Source: Tubiluchus corallicola (lineage: Eukaryota > Animalia > Priapulida). From it: a stretch of 64,000 bases of DNA. Each line of letters begins with the position of its first letter. Position 1 is the first letter of the stretch. A program made the position numbers and the translations under genes. The stretch covers positions 255,724 through 319,723 of the forward strand of contig JAQGDQ010000261.1 of NCBI GenBank assembly GCA_030141605.1. Direction: 5' to 3'. Of this stretch, positions 1 through 13,382 are shown in pieces. The notes under the pieces were generated by a model that was not told where the DNA came from, ran no database searches, and saw nothing but the letters and a program-made list of their open reading frames with translations.

Positions 1-269
1 ATGGCATGCTTGAATGGTCTAGTACAGTAACCAACACACCCCATGGCATGCTTGAATGGTCTAGTACAGTAACCAACACACCCCATGGCATGCTTGAATG
101 GTCTAGTACAGTAACCAACACACCCCATGGCATGCTTGAATGGTCTAGTACAGTAACCAACACACCCCATGGCATGCTTGAATGGTCTAGTACAGTAACC
201 AACACACCCCATGGCATGCTTGAATGGTCTAGTACAGTAACCAACACACCCCATGGCATGCTTGAATGG
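1..269. repeat. 42-bp tandem repeat, over 6 identical copies, open at window start
   Basis: Unit atggcatgcttgaatggtctagtacagtaaccaacacacccc. Confidence 0.97.
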
Positions 270-770
270 CAGTCTGCTAGGAATCCAGCACAGCAATCTA
301 ACCTTGTAATACTTGAGCAGGCTGCATAAATCTATAAGTAATGAGACCACTGCTCTCAGATTAAACATTGTGAACAAGAGAGAGAGATATAGTTATATAT
401 ACACAGTCGACTGGCTGCTATGCTCAGCTGATTGTATCCGAGGACACAGTTAAGGAGTGAGATAGGTTGTTCGAAGGTTAAACTCTTTATGAGAAATCTG
501 CTCGTCAGACTTTTCTGTTCAACGGTCACGTTTCGAAAAATTGATAAACTATTTAATGAAATTTCAATTCCCTGGCGTATACACCACTACCCGATCTAGA
601 AATAGCAGGCTGAGGTATAGCACAACATCGGTACATTGGCATAAATGCTAATTCTGGCTTTCATATGACTTATATATCTTCGAATAATCACAGAATAGAA
701 ACAGAGGTATTGTACTGACTATGACTGAGACTTCTGCTTCAAAAATTCCTATTTTAGCAGAAGAAGCAGC

Positions 771-2245
771 GAATAAGATGCACAAGAATATGCACCCTCT
801 TCTCCACTTCTTGCAAGGTGAAGTTTGAGGAACTTTGTTACTTAAGTGAAGTTATTCATGTACTTAAGTCAGGTTACTCATGAATATGTACAGAATAAGA
901 TGCACAATAATATGCACCCTCTTCTCCACTTCTCGCGAGGTGAAGTTTGCTGAAGTTTGTTACTTAAGTCAGGTTATTCATGAATATGCAGGGAACAAGA
1001 TGCACAAGAATATGCATTCTCTTCTCCACTTCTTGCAAGGTGAAGTTTGAGGAACTTTGTTACTTAAGTCAAGTTATTCATGTACTTAAGTCAGGTTATT
1101 CATGAATATGTACAGAATAAGATGCACAATAATATGCACCTTCTTCTCCACTTCTTTGTGAGGTGAGGTTCGAGGAACTTTGTTACTTAAGTGAAGTTAT
1201 TCATGTACTTAAGTCAGGTTACTCATGAATATGTACAGAATAAGATGCACAATAATATGCACCCTCTTCTCCACTTCTCGCGAGGTGAAGTTTGCGAATA
1301 TGCAGGGAACAAGATGCACAAGAATATGCATTCTCTTCTCCGCTTCTTGCAAGGTGAAGTTTGAGGAACTTTGTTACTTAAGTCAGAATATTCATGTACT
1401 TAAGTCAGGTTATTCATGAATATGCAGGGAACAAGATGCACAAGAATATGCATTCTCTTCTCCGCTTCTTGCAAGGTGAAGTTTGAGGAACTTTGTTACT
1501 TAACAGAAATTCATGTACTTAAGTCAGGTTATTCATGAGTATGCAGGGAACAAGATGCACAAGAATATGCATTCTCTTCTCCGCTTCTTGCAAGGTGAAG
1601 TTTGAGGAACTTTGTTACTTAAGTCAGAATATTCATGTACTTAAGTCAGGTTATTCATGAATATGCAGGGAACAAGATGCACAAGAATATGCATTCTCTT
1701 CTCCACTTCTTGCAAGGTGAAGTTTGAGGAACTTTGTTACTTAAGTCAGAATATTCATGTACTTAAGTCAGGTTATTCATGAGTATGCAGGGAACAAGAT
1801 GCACAAGAATATGCATTCTCTTCTCCGCTTCTTGCAAGGTGAAGTTTGAGGAACTTTGTTACTTAAGTCAGAATATTCATGTACTTAAGTCAGGTTATTC
1901 ATGAATATGCAGGGAACAAGATGCACAAGAATATGCATTCTCTTCTCCGCTTCTTGTGAGGTGAAGTTTGAGGAACTTTGTTACTTAAGTCAGAATATTC
2001 ATGTACTTAAGTCAGGTTATTCATGAATATGCAGGGAACAAGATGCACAAGAATATGCATTCTCTTCTCCACTTCTTGCAAGGTGAAGTTTGAGGAACTT
2101 TGTTACTTAAGTCAGAATATTCATGTACTTAAGTCAGGTTATTCATGAGTATGCAGGGAACAAGATGAACAAGAATATGCACCTTCTCCACTTCTTGTGA
2201 GGTGAGGTTTGAGGAACTTTGTTACTTAAGTCAAGTTATTTATGT
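771..2245. repeat. 122-bp tandem repeat, about 12 copies
   Basis: Unit starts at 1659, 1781 and 1903; contains an internal tacttaagtc sub-repeat. Confidence 0.95.
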
Positions 2246-2512
2246 AACCGAGTAAACTTTTTGATACTAATCGTGCAGTTGTAAAGATGCCGTACGTGGA
2301 ACATAAGCATGTATTTTATTTCACTTCCATACACTGTTGTGTCCAATGTGTAACTTCTACAATATGTATGACTTTATGTGTAAAAATTTATTTATGCATT
2401 ATAGATACACAAATGTGTAAAAGCTGACCAAGAAAAACTTACTTGTGTCTTGGTTATCCAACAAAACGAGTTTACTCAACTCTTGGTCATATGACATGTA
2501 CAGCTACGACTT

Positions 2513-2688
2513 ATGCAATTCGATTTTAGTTTGATGACAAAAGCCAGTAGCATGTCATGCAATTCGATTTTAGTTTGATGACAAAAGCCAGTAGCATGTC
2601 ATGCAAATCGAGTTGAGTTTGACGACAAAAGTCAGTAGCATGTCATGCAATTCGAGTTGAGTTTGACGACAAAAGTCAGTAGCATGTC
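2513..2688. repeat. 44-bp tandem repeat, about 4 copies
   Basis: atgcaattcgattttagtttgatgacaaaagccagtagcatgtc. Confidence 0.9.
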
Positions 2689-2723
2689 GCACACTAATTC
2701 AGTTTTTTTACATTTTTTTGTAG

Positions 2724-2995
2724 ATGTAGAAGAGCTGTCATACATCATGTGCAGCCATGACTCAGGTAGCTTGGAGAAAAATTGTACCCTGCCGTACGAC
2801 AACACGACTTCTACAAGCAACGGACTGCTAGACAACAGCAGCAAACCTCTACAGAGGTTACTCATTGTATTGCCAATAATCTTTGTGATAATTCTGTATC
2901 TAGTAGGATTCTGTAGTCTGAGACATCGAAGGAGTAGGGTACCCCACGAGGAAGGAGAAACGACGCAAGCTCACAATGAAATAAGCAGTAAGTGA
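2724..2995 (+). CDS. Probable last exon of a single-pass (type I) membrane glycoprotein; upstream exons not identified
   Basis: Branch-like CACTAAT near 2692, pyrimidine tract and tag acceptor at 2723. Three N-glycosylation sequons (NCT, NTT, NSS), hydrophobic LLIVLPIIFVIILYLVGFCSL, basic RHRR stop-transfer, stop codon, AATAAA at 3043. Confidence 0.6.
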
Positions 2996-3139
2996 CGTCA
3001 CTTTAAAACTACCTCATTAAAACAACAGCTAGCAAACATGGAAATAAAACAGAACTTCATTATTTACCTTCAAACTATGAACATTGCATGAATCATGCCT
3101 GTAGGTAAAGCAAGTTTAGACATGTAAGTTCATGTGTTG

Positions 3140-4417
3140 TTGCAATATTCTCTTGCCGCAGTTAGCAATGCAATATGCTCTTGCAGCATTTGACAATGCA
3201 ATATTCTCTTGTGGCAGTTAGCAATGCAATATTCTCATGGCGCATTTAGCAATGCAATACTCTCTTGCAGCATTTAGCAATGCAATATTCTCTTGCAGCA
3301 GTTAGCAATGCAATATTCTCTTGCAGCAGTTAGCAAAGCAATACTCTCTTGCAGCAGTTAGCAATGCAATATTCTCTTGTGGCAGTTAGCAATGCAATAT
3401 TCTCTTGCAGCATTTAGCAATGCAATATTCTCTTGTGGCAGTTAGCAATGCAATATTCTGTTGTGGCAGTTAGCAATGCAATATTCTCTTGCAGCATTTA
3501 GCAATGCAATATTCTCTTGTGGCAGTTAGCAATGCAATATTCTCTTGCAGCAGTTAGCAAAGCAATATTCTCTTGCAGCAGTTAGCAATGCAATATTCTC
3601 TTGCAGCAGTTAGCAAAGCAATACTCTCTTGCAGCAGTTAGCAAAGCAATACTCTCTTGCAGCAGTTAGCAATGCAATATTCTCTTGCAGCAGTTAGCAA
3701 TGCAATATTCTCTTGCAGCAGTTAGCAATGCAATATTCTCTTGCAGCAGTTAGCAATGCAATATTCTCTTGCAGCAGTTAGCAATGCAATATTCTCTTGC
3801 AGCAGTTAGCAATGCAATATTCTCTTGCAGCAGTTAGCAATGCAATATTCTCTTGCAGCAGTTAGCAATGCAATATTCTCTTGCTGCATTTAGCAATGCA
3901 ATATTCGCTTGCTGCATTTAGCAAAGCAATATTCTCTTGCAGCATTTAGCAAAGCAATATTCTCTTGCAGCATTTAGCAATGCAATATTCTCTTGCTGCA
4001 TTTAGCAATGCAATATTCTCTTGTGGCAGTTAGCAATGCAATATTCTCATGGCGCATTTAGCAATGCAATACTCTCTTGCAGCATTTAGCAATGCAATAT
4101 TCTCTTGCAGCAGTTAGCAATGCAATAATCTCTTGTGGCAGTTAGCAATGCAATATTCTCTTGCAGCATTTAGCAATGCAATAATCTCTTGTGGCAGTTA
4201 GCAATGCAATATTCTCTTGTGGCAGTTAGCAATGCAATAATCTCTTGTGGCAGTTAGCAATGCAATATTCTCTTGCAGCAGTTAGCAATGCAATAATCTC
4301 TTGTGGCAGTTAGCAATGCAATATTCTCTTGTGGCAGTTAGCAATGCAATATTCTCTTGCAGCATTTAGCAATGCAGTATTCTCTTGTGGCAGTTAGCAA
4401 TGCAATATTCTCTTGCA
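3140..4417. repeat. 28-bp minisatellite, about 45 copies
   Basis: gttagcaatgcaatattctcttgcagca. Confidence 0.97.
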
Positions 4418-5367
4418 AGTAGCCTAATCATAACAGCAAAGATTTTCCAACCTTGGTCATTATAGGTCATTCTTGAACAGAAACAGTTTAACTGAATGAT
4501 ATTTACCAGCAGCACAGAAAACTCCCAAAATTGAAGAGGAAAGTAAAAAAAACTGTGTTGATGCACTAGGATCGGACAGATGAAATTGCCTATGTCAAAA
4601 ACTTGAGCTTTCTGTAACTTGTTTATGTCAGGTATTTGAGCTTGCAAACAGCATCAATATAGCCACTTTGAAACTACCTATTATTACTACGTTAGCAGGC
4701 GTTAAGAACTGCTTCATAAATTATGAAGCAGTTCTTAATTATGAGTCTGTGCATTATCTGATAACTAATGTACAGAGAAAGGACCATTTTTTGGTAAGTT
4801 ACTTTGGATAGGTTTTTAATGCCATTTTAACGTATAGTTAATTATAATGTGCATCCCTACATTGAGAAGAAATATACAGAAATCTGTAATCTCTATTTCA
4901 GTTTTCACGCGTGATCCAGAGAGCATGTAAGAGCAATATAATGAGGAGGATGATGAGAAATAATAGCATCAAGTGCTATTCCCACTCGCATGCGGACAGG
5001 ATAGACACCTGCAGCATCATCATTATCATCAATAACCGGTCGCTATGACAGAACTTCACGGCAGGTGTGAAATGAAAGTGAAGCAATTAATGTCGTGCTG
5101 TTCGCTGAGCATCCCAAAGCTACTCGAAGAAACGGTATTACGGAAATTGTCCTGACATCAGCCAACATCGGCAACGACTTAAGAACGTAGAAACGAATGG
5201 CAAAGAGGTGGAATAGAATAACGCAGAAAATCCTTGCCTTTATCGAGCTTCAGACAAGATGAATGTTTACAAAAACTCTCGGAAACATTACCTCAACTTG
5301 CTCCAGTAAAACAGTGTTCAATTACCAAATCGGAATTAATCAATCAATCGAGGTAGAACACGTGCAA

Positions 5368-6452
5368 TGGTTGTAAAGTATGCAACGAAACGAGGAGGTT
5401 GTCTGTATCCAACTTCATCAGTTCCATTGCTATTGTGTAAGCTAATGGAAAAAGCAAATGTTCGGGTGGTTGTAAAGTATGCAACGAAACGAGGAGGATG
5501 TCTGTATCCAACTTCATCAGTTCCACTGCTATTGTGTAAGCTAATGAAAAAAGCAAATGTTCGGGTGGTTGTAAAGTATGCAACGAAACGAGGAGGGTGT
5601 CTGTATCCAACTTCATCAGTTCCATTGCTATTGTGTAAGCTAATGAAAAAAGCAAATGTTCGGGTGGTTGTAAAGTATGCAACGAAACGAGGAGGGTGTC
5701 TGTATCCAACTTCATCAGCTCCATTGCTGTTGTGTAAGCTAATGAAAAAAGCAAATGTTCGGGTGGTTGTAAAGTATGCAACGAAAGGAGGAGGGTGTCT
5801 GTATCCAACTTCATCAGCTCCATTGCTATTGTGTAAGCTAATGAAAAAAGCAAATGTTCGGGTGGTTGTAAAGTATGCAACGAAACGAGGAGGGTGTCTG
5901 TATCCAACTTCATCAGCTCCATTGCTATTGTGTAAGCTAATGAAAAAAGCAAATGCTCGGGTGGTTGTAAAGTATGCAACGAAACGAGGAGGATGTCTGT
6001 ATCCAACTTCATCAGCTCCATTGCTATTGTGTAAGCTAATGAAAAAAGCAAATGTTCGGGTGGTTGTAAAGTATGCAACGAAACGAGGAGGGTGTCTGTA
6101 TCCAACTTCATCAGCTCCATTGCTATTGTGTAAGCTAATGAAATAAGCAAATGTTCGGGTGGTTGTAAAGTATGCAACGAAACGAGTAGGATGTCTGTAT
6201 CCAACTTCATCAGCTCCATTGCTATTGTGTAAGCTAATGAAAAAAGCAAATGTTCGGGTGGTTGTAAAGTATGCAACGAAACGAGGAGGGTGTCTGTATC
6301 CAACTTCATCAGCTCCATTGCTATTGTGTAAGCTAATGAAAACAGCAAATGTTCGGGTGGTTGTAAAGTATGCAACAAAACGAGGAGGGTGTCAGTCCAA
6401 CTTCATCAGCTCCATTGCTATTGTGTAAGCTAATGAAAAAAGCAAATGTTCG
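5368..6452. repeat. 123-bp tandem repeat, about 9 copies
   Basis: 41-aa periodicity in ORFs on both strands. Confidence 0.96.
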
Positions 6453-7320
6453 AATGGCAGAGTTGCGTTCAAACAGATGAGGATGCTGAGAAATGTGTCA
6501 GAGTAAAAACATCTCTGTAGTTTTTCCATCAAAAGCATTTTCCTCTGATGCCTGGGCCATAATGAAAATTAAAGAGTTAACACGACTCATCATGGCGAAT
6601 ACGCACAATTCCATAGGGGTTAATTACGATCACAATGAGGCTGGATAATTACGTATGGGTCGTGACAACATGGCGATGTTCACATTCGAGGCGTTTTCTT
6701 TACCTCTAGATAAACTTTGTGCTTTTTTAATCATTGATGGTTCCTTTAACAGTGCACTTGTAAATACGGTTTACGTTACTTGCACACGTGAGTAAGTTTC
6801 TCCCGTCAACTGAAATGATGTATGGGATAATTGCTGCTTACCGCTGGGATTTAACATCACAGTGTTACGTGTGTGAAAAATGTGGCTTCATCGGCCAACG
6901 TGAAATTTCACTTCGTTGGTCAACTGCAGACTAAGAGCAGAAAGTTAGCAAGCAATAACTTGATTCGCTGAGGTACGAAAAAATCTTCAACTAGCGTATT
7001 TAACTATTAAAACGACTGTTGCTAAGGACGCTTCAATTAAGGTTAAGTGCCGCGTGTGCCGTTCCGTAAAGAAGCGAATGTTTTCCGCTCGTGTGAAACC
7101 TCTTAGCCAAATGAGAAGACGGAGAGTCCTGGAGAGAGGCAGTCTATAAAAGAACACTTCCTTCGATAACTACTTACCAAACTCTCATCGTAAAAGTGTT
7201 CAGAAACACTTCCACAACCTTTAATGCACTTTTATGGATCCGTCTCTTATTTTGAGGACTTGCCTTTTTTAAAAGCAAAGAGTTACACTACTATGGAGTC
7301 TTACAATGATGAAATGCAAT

Positions 7321-7695
7321 AAGTCTTTTCACAGTTCCAGCGATTGATGATGATCGTGAAAAGGTCAAAGGTTAAGTGTACCAGACAACACATTTGTGTA
7401 CGCTCGACAACGCCTCGCAGCCGATGCTATTGTAATAGTAACAGTTTTACCAGCTAGGTAGAACCTTACCTAGTTCATTTTTTCTTGTTCCTAAGCAAGA
7501 TCCTGCAAGTAAATCACTCAACGCACAGGCTAATGCATACTTAAGTGAAGTGTATGTAAAACAACTGAACTGATGCGGCAGACCACGTTGCTTTACCCAC
7601 ACGTCACTTGACGGTTGTAGTTAAGACGCATTGCTGTGAGACACTTAACCTTTGACCTACAGCAACTACATGTAAGCATAACGAAAGTATGAAAA
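7321..7695 (+). mobile_element. Interspersed MITE-like family A copy
   Basis: Termini cttttcacagtt / aagtatgaaaag, internal inverted ggtcaaaggttaagtgt; homologous to 34661-35063, 55771-56273, 57990-58133 and 62310-62453. Confidence 0.75.
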
Positions 7696-8374
7696 GAGGA
7701 AGAGCTATTCTGAAAATGAAAGCAAAACTTGGCACTCCAAAACAAAGCAAAGTGTTTAATTGTTCTTCTTTTTGCCAAAAATCCAAGGAATTATTATAGT
7801 ATGTATCAATTTTCAAGTACAGAATTCTATCACCGAGGAATAACTCGGTTGAAATTAAGATAATAATTAGACAAATTTTCTAAACAACTAACAAACTGTG
7901 TTGATTATGCAAAAATTACTTAATTCACAGCATATTTACATTATGCAAGTACAGCAGTATCACCATTATTATAATGTTACTAATTCTTATTATGCTTGCT
8001 TCTTGAAAGGTAATAGTGAAGCAGTCCTAAACCTGTTTAAAACACTGTACAATTATCTTATGAACCCGCACTTCAAAAATGTGGAGTTGACTCTGTTTAT
8101 TATTATTTGTGTGCTTGAAAGTAAATTAATCATTACAGGAATTAATTCTTAGCAATTTTCATTCTAAGATAGTAAACTGAAGCTGTTTATTAAACATTGT
8201 CTATTAATTGCCCTTTTGGTTTAAAATCATTTTGATGCAATAATATATGCAGTTTTTGATTTAAACTGTCATAAAGCTATATCAATTTTTCTTATATAAT
8301 TTTGTAATAATATAATAGCTATATCAATTTATTGTTATAATGTGTTGTAAATTTTTTGACATTTCATAACCTAC

Positions 8375-8962
8375 AGCATTGCATTGTGCTGAACCCTATT
8401 AAACAACAGAGAACACTGTAAACAAAGCTGCTTTCCTAAAACCAAAATGTGCATTGTTCACCACTGCATTGTACTGAATCCGATTAAACAATAGAGAACA
8501 CTGTAAACAAAGCTGCTTTCCTAAAACCAAAATGTGCATTGTTGACCACTGCATTGTACTGAACCCTATTAAACAACAGAGAACACTGTAAGCAAAGCTG
8601 CTTTCCTAAAACCAAAATGTGCATTGTTGACCACTGCATTGTACTGAACCCTATTAAACAACAGGGAACACTGTAAACAAAGCTGCTTTCCTAAAACCAA
8701 AATGTGCATTGTTGACCACTGCATTGTACTGAATCCGATTAAACAACAGGGAACACTGTAAACAAAGCTGCTTTCCTAAAACCAAAATGTGCATTGTTCA
8801 CCACTGCATTGTACTGAACCCTATTAAACAATAGAGAACACTGTAAACAAAGCTGCTTTCCTAAAAACAAAATGTGCATTGTTTAACATTGCATTGTACT
8901 GAACCCTGTTAAACAATAGAGAACACTGTAAACAGTGCTTTCCTAAAAACAAAATGTGCATT
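8375..8962. repeat. 85-bp tandem repeat, about 7 copies
   Basis: ccactgcattgtactgaa recurs at 8461, 8546 and 8631. Confidence 0.95.
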
Positions 8963-9174
8963 TGTTCTTGGTAAAAAGTTAATTAGTTTTCTAATAAACG
9001 CAGTTCGTATTCTCTTACACACAACTACTGTTTTTATGCTTTATTCCAACAGGTAATTAATTGCTCTGTTAATTAACTCATGGCAGCTTTAATAATCTTA
9101 CGTGACATGGAAGAGATCAATTACTGGAAGGCAATAAATGAAATGTTTATTAAAAGTAAAGAAAAAATGATTAA

Positions 9175-9706
9175 ACAAAACCGGACGATTGTGTAGACAT
9201 TAATTTAAAATAAAGAATGCTCTAAGAAATTGAAAACTACAACAGCTTTTTTTAAAATCAAAGCTTAGATTAAATCATAATTACCTCGGTAGTTTTTTAA
9301 ACTTTCAAAGTTACGCGCAGCTCAGTGAATCCATTAAGACTGGCAATGGCGCCTTTTTGTCACATTCGCGTGGCCCACAAATAGCCACTGTACCATGATA
9401 AGCATGATCATGAACTGAAGTGTTCATTTGTGACGTCAGTATGACGTAGAGCTCATTTTCGTGACGTCACATCTGTGTCTTACAGCAATCTTCGCTTACG
9501 CAAACATGCAGGGAAGATGCTTACCATTGCAAAAAATGTGGTTAGTTTGTGACGTAAGCGATAGCTGTGTTCGGTTGCCGTTTATTAACTTTCCAAAGTA
9601 ATTATTCAAATATAAGAAACAACAGGTAACTTTTATAGACAAGAAAATATATATTTTGGACAGTAAATTAAAATGAAATTGAGTCTAATCAATCGTCCAG
9701 TTTTCA
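9175..9706 (+). mobile_element. TTAA-type (Kolobok/T2-like) MITE, copy 1
   Basis: TTAA then aaaaccggacgatt ... aatcgtccagtttt TIRs; diverged inverted homologue at 10869-11401. Confidence 0.7.
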
Positions 9707-10260
9707 GATCTTGCATTCATTCGGTTTTAGTGGACGGGGACAATTAACTTTCTTAAAGTTATTCTTAGACAGGAACAAGAAGCCATTATGAGGCCATTAT
9801 GAAGCCAAGGAACAAGTATGAGACAGCCATATTAACTAAACCTCTTGCCTAAACCAAGTAAGTGTCAGTCAGAGCTGTGAATATGCCTTTCTAAATTAAC
9901 ACCAGCGATTAATTCCCCCATGCAAATGTACACATCCTATCAACAAGAATGACCAAGCATGGCATCGAACTCCTGTCACAGCATTCCCTACATCCAGCAT
10001 GTTACACCACACAGCGGTTGCACATATGAACGTCCATAAACTGGTAAACTGATAGCACGTTGGACAGCTACAGTTAAGCAACAAATGGGTTAATATTGAC
10101 TCACATTACAGAGTAAATTACAGACTTCTACCCTCAAAGTATCCTTGCTGTTTAATTGGCTTTAGTGGAGGCTGTATTTAATTTAGCCAAGATTCCAACA
10201 GCCGTTATCATAGTATTACTGCAATTCTGGTGAATTTTTTTGACGGCGTGTGGGTATTGT

Positions 10261-10264
<4 letters not shown>

Positions 10265-10332
<68 letters not shown>

Positions 10333-10410
10333 TGTGTGTGTGTGCATTTGCACGTGCATGTGTGTGTGTGTGTATGTATGTGTGTGTGTGTGTGTGTGTG
10401 AGTGTATGCA

Positions 10411-10458
<48 letters not shown>

Positions 10459-10748
10459 CGTGTGTGTGTGTGTATGCATGTGTGTGAGCGTGCATTTGCA
10501 CGTGCGTGCAGGCATGTGTGTGTGTGTGTGTGCATGTGTGTGTGTGTGTGCATGTGTGTGCGTGTGCGTGCATGTGTGTGTGTGTGTGTGTGCATGTGAG
10601 TGTGCATTTGCACGTGTGTGTGTGTGTATGTATGTGTGTGTGTGTGTATGCATGTGTGTGTGTGTGTGTATGCATGTGTGTGTGTATGCATGTGTGTGTG
10701 TGTGTGTGTGTGTGTTTGTTGTGTGTGTATGTGTGCGTGCGTTCGTGC
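10265..10748. repeat. Compound (GT)n microsatellite
   Basis: Visible directly; source of the HT/CV-repeat ORFs. Confidence 0.99.
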
Positions 10749-10868
10749 GTAAAGTTTTATTTATACCTTTAATAAAAACTAATAAACAAAAGCTAAACTA
10801 CAGATAATATGATAACTGTACATATTATCATTAACTGTGAGAATTTTGTTTAGGTAAAATAAAATTAA

Positions 10869-11401
10869 GGGAAGACCAGAAGAGTGTTTAGACTCAATCT
10901 CATTTTAATCTGCTGTCCAAGATATACATTTTATCTATAAAAGTTAGCAGTTGTTCCTAATATTTGAATAATTACCATGGAAAACTAATTAATGGCAATC
11001 GCTTACGTCACAAACTAATCACAGTTTGTGCAATGATAGGCATCTTCCCTGCGCATCAAGCATGTTTACATAAGCGAAGATTGCTATAAGATGCTGAAAT
11101 GATGTCACGAAAATGAGCTCTACTTCAAACGGACGTCACAGATGAACACTGCAGTTCATGATCATGCTTATCACGGTACTGCGACTATTTGTCGGCCACA
11201 CGAATGTAAAAAAGAGACACTAGTGCCAGTCTCAGTGGATTCGTTGAGCTGTGCATAGCTTTGAAAGTTTAACAAAATTTAACTATCCGAGGTAATTCTT
11301 ATTTAATCAAAGCTTTGATTTACAAAACGATGTTATAGTTTTCAATATTTTAGAGCATACTTTATTTTGAATTAATATCTACACAATCGTCCTGTTTTCC
11401 T
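10869..11401 (-). mobile_element. TTAA-type (Kolobok/T2-like) MITE, copy 2
   Basis: ttaa|gggaagacc ... cctgttttcct|ttaa; reverse complement of 9175-9706. Confidence 0.75.
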
Positions 11402-11617
11402 TTAAGTCTGTCAACATGCTATCTTCAAGATTTTTTAATATACTGTAATTTATTAATTCAGCTGACACGTCATGCGCTATTTTGAATATTTATAAAGAAG
11501 CTCCCGTAATTCCCGTAAAATCAAATCACTAATGTGTTATTTCATTAAACAAAAACTTGTGCGTCTAGTTGCCATGGATACATTTTTATATTAGAACAAC
11601 ATGTGATGCGATACAAA

Positions 11618-12739
11618 GAGTGGCTTGACCTAGCAAGGGTAGGAAACCTTAGTGGCTTGACCTAGCAGGTGTAGGAAACCTTAGTGGTTTCATCTAGCAG
11701 GGGCAGGAAACCTTAGTGGCTTGACCTAGCAGGGGAGGAAAACTTAGTGGTTTCATCTAGTAGGTGTAGGAAAACTTAGTGGCTTCATCTAGTAGGGATA
11801 GGAAACCTTAGTGGCTTCATCTAGAAGGGATAGGAAACCTTAATGGCTTCATCTAGCAGTGGTAGGAAACCTTAGTGGCTTCATCTAGTAGGGATAGGAA
11901 ACCTTAGTGGCTTCATCTAGCAGGGGTAGGAAACCTTAGTGGCTTCATCTAGCAGTGGTAGGAAACCTTAGTGGCTTGACCTAGCAGGGGTAGGAAACCT
12001 TAGCGGCTTCATCTAGCAGGGGGAGGAAAACTTAGTGGTTTGACCTAGCAGGGGTAGGAAACCTTAGTGGCTTCATCTAGCAGAGGTAGGAAACCTTAGT
12101 GGTTTCACCTAGCAGGGGTAGGAAACCTTAGTGGCTTGACCTAGCAGGGGTAGGAAACCTTAGTGGCTTGACCTAGCAGGGGAGGAAAACTTAGTGGTTT
12201 CATCTAGTAGGTGTAGGAAAACTTAGTGGCTTCATCTAGTAGGGATAGGAAACCTTAGTGGCTTCATCTAGTAGGGATAGGAAACCTTAATGGCTTCATC
12301 TAGCAGTGGTAGGAAACCTTAGTGGCTTCATCTAGTAGGGATAGGAAACCTTAGTGGCTTCATCTAGCAGGGGTAGGAAACCTTAGTGGCTTCATCTAGC
12401 AGTGGTAGGAAACCTTAGTGGCTTGACCTAGCAGGGGTAGGAAACCTTAGCGGCTTCATCTAGCAGGGGGAGGAAAACTTAGTGGTTTGACCTAGCAGGG
12501 GTAGGAAACCTTAGTGGCTTCATCTAGCAGGGGTAGGAAACCTTAGTGGTTTCACCTAGCAGGGGTAGGAAACCTTAGTGGCTTGACCTAGCAGGGGTAG
12601 GAAAACTTAGTGGTTTGACCTAGCAGGGGTAGGAAACCTTAGTGGTTTCATCTAGTAGGGGTAGGAAACCTTAGTGGCTTCATCTAGCAGGGGTAGGAAA
12701 CCTTAGTGGTTTCACCTAGCAGGGGTAGGAAACCTTAGT
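11618..12739. repeat. 32-bp minisatellite, about 35 copies
   Basis: ggaaaccttagtggcttcatctagcaggggta. Confidence 0.97.
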
Positions 12740-12775
12740 CACAGCCTTGGAGGACCTTGGTAATTTAGTCACTGG

Positions 12776-12997
12776 TACTCGCGAAGCAGCATGTCTGCTC
12801 ACAAAGTAGCATGTCTATTCACGAAGCAGCATGTGTGCACACGAAGCAGCAAGTCTACTCACGAAGCAGCATATCTACTCACAGAGCAGCATATCTACTC
12901 ACAGAGCAGCATATCTACTCAGGAAACAGCATGTCTATTCGCAAACCAGCATGTCTGCTCGCCAAGCAGCATGTCTACTCAAGAAGCAGCATGTCTA
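12776..12997. repeat. 20-bp degenerate tandem repeat, about 11 copies
   Basis: gaagcagcatgtctactcac. Confidence 0.9.
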
Positions 12998-13382
12998 ACC
13001 AAACGAATGAAGCGTTTAAATAACACTGGGACAGACGTTGTAGCCAAATTTGATTATTCTGCAGAGAACAAACTCATCCAAGTCATACCACTTGGCTTCC
13101 TGTTGGCTTCGTGTTGAACTATGGAGTCTATCAAATTACTACGTTCATTGTGAAAAACATTACAATGTAGCGAAGAAGAGCCTCTCATCCTCGACAGCAT
13201 TACAATTGTACAACTGACATAATCGTTCATTAACCGAGATACTTTCAATATGCTTTCAGATACTTACTTACAAGTAAACTAGAGTACTGTATGATAATAA
13301 AAACATTAGACAAAAGAGTTAAAGTAAAATCTGACCCAATCTTAACTGCATGTCAAAACAATCTACTCTTTAAAATATTGAA

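Noticed and set aside
6-329. 107-aa repeat protein
   Set aside because: A 42-bp unit keeps the frame open by chance; no supporting splice or domain evidence.
5344-6378. 344-aa minus-strand repeat ORF and CTGATGA boxes as a hammerhead array
   Set aside because: The ORF follows from a stop-free 123-bp unit; no GAAA box follows stem II on that strand.
10152-10807. HT- and CV-repeat ORFs
   Set aside because: Translations of a (GT)n microsatellite.
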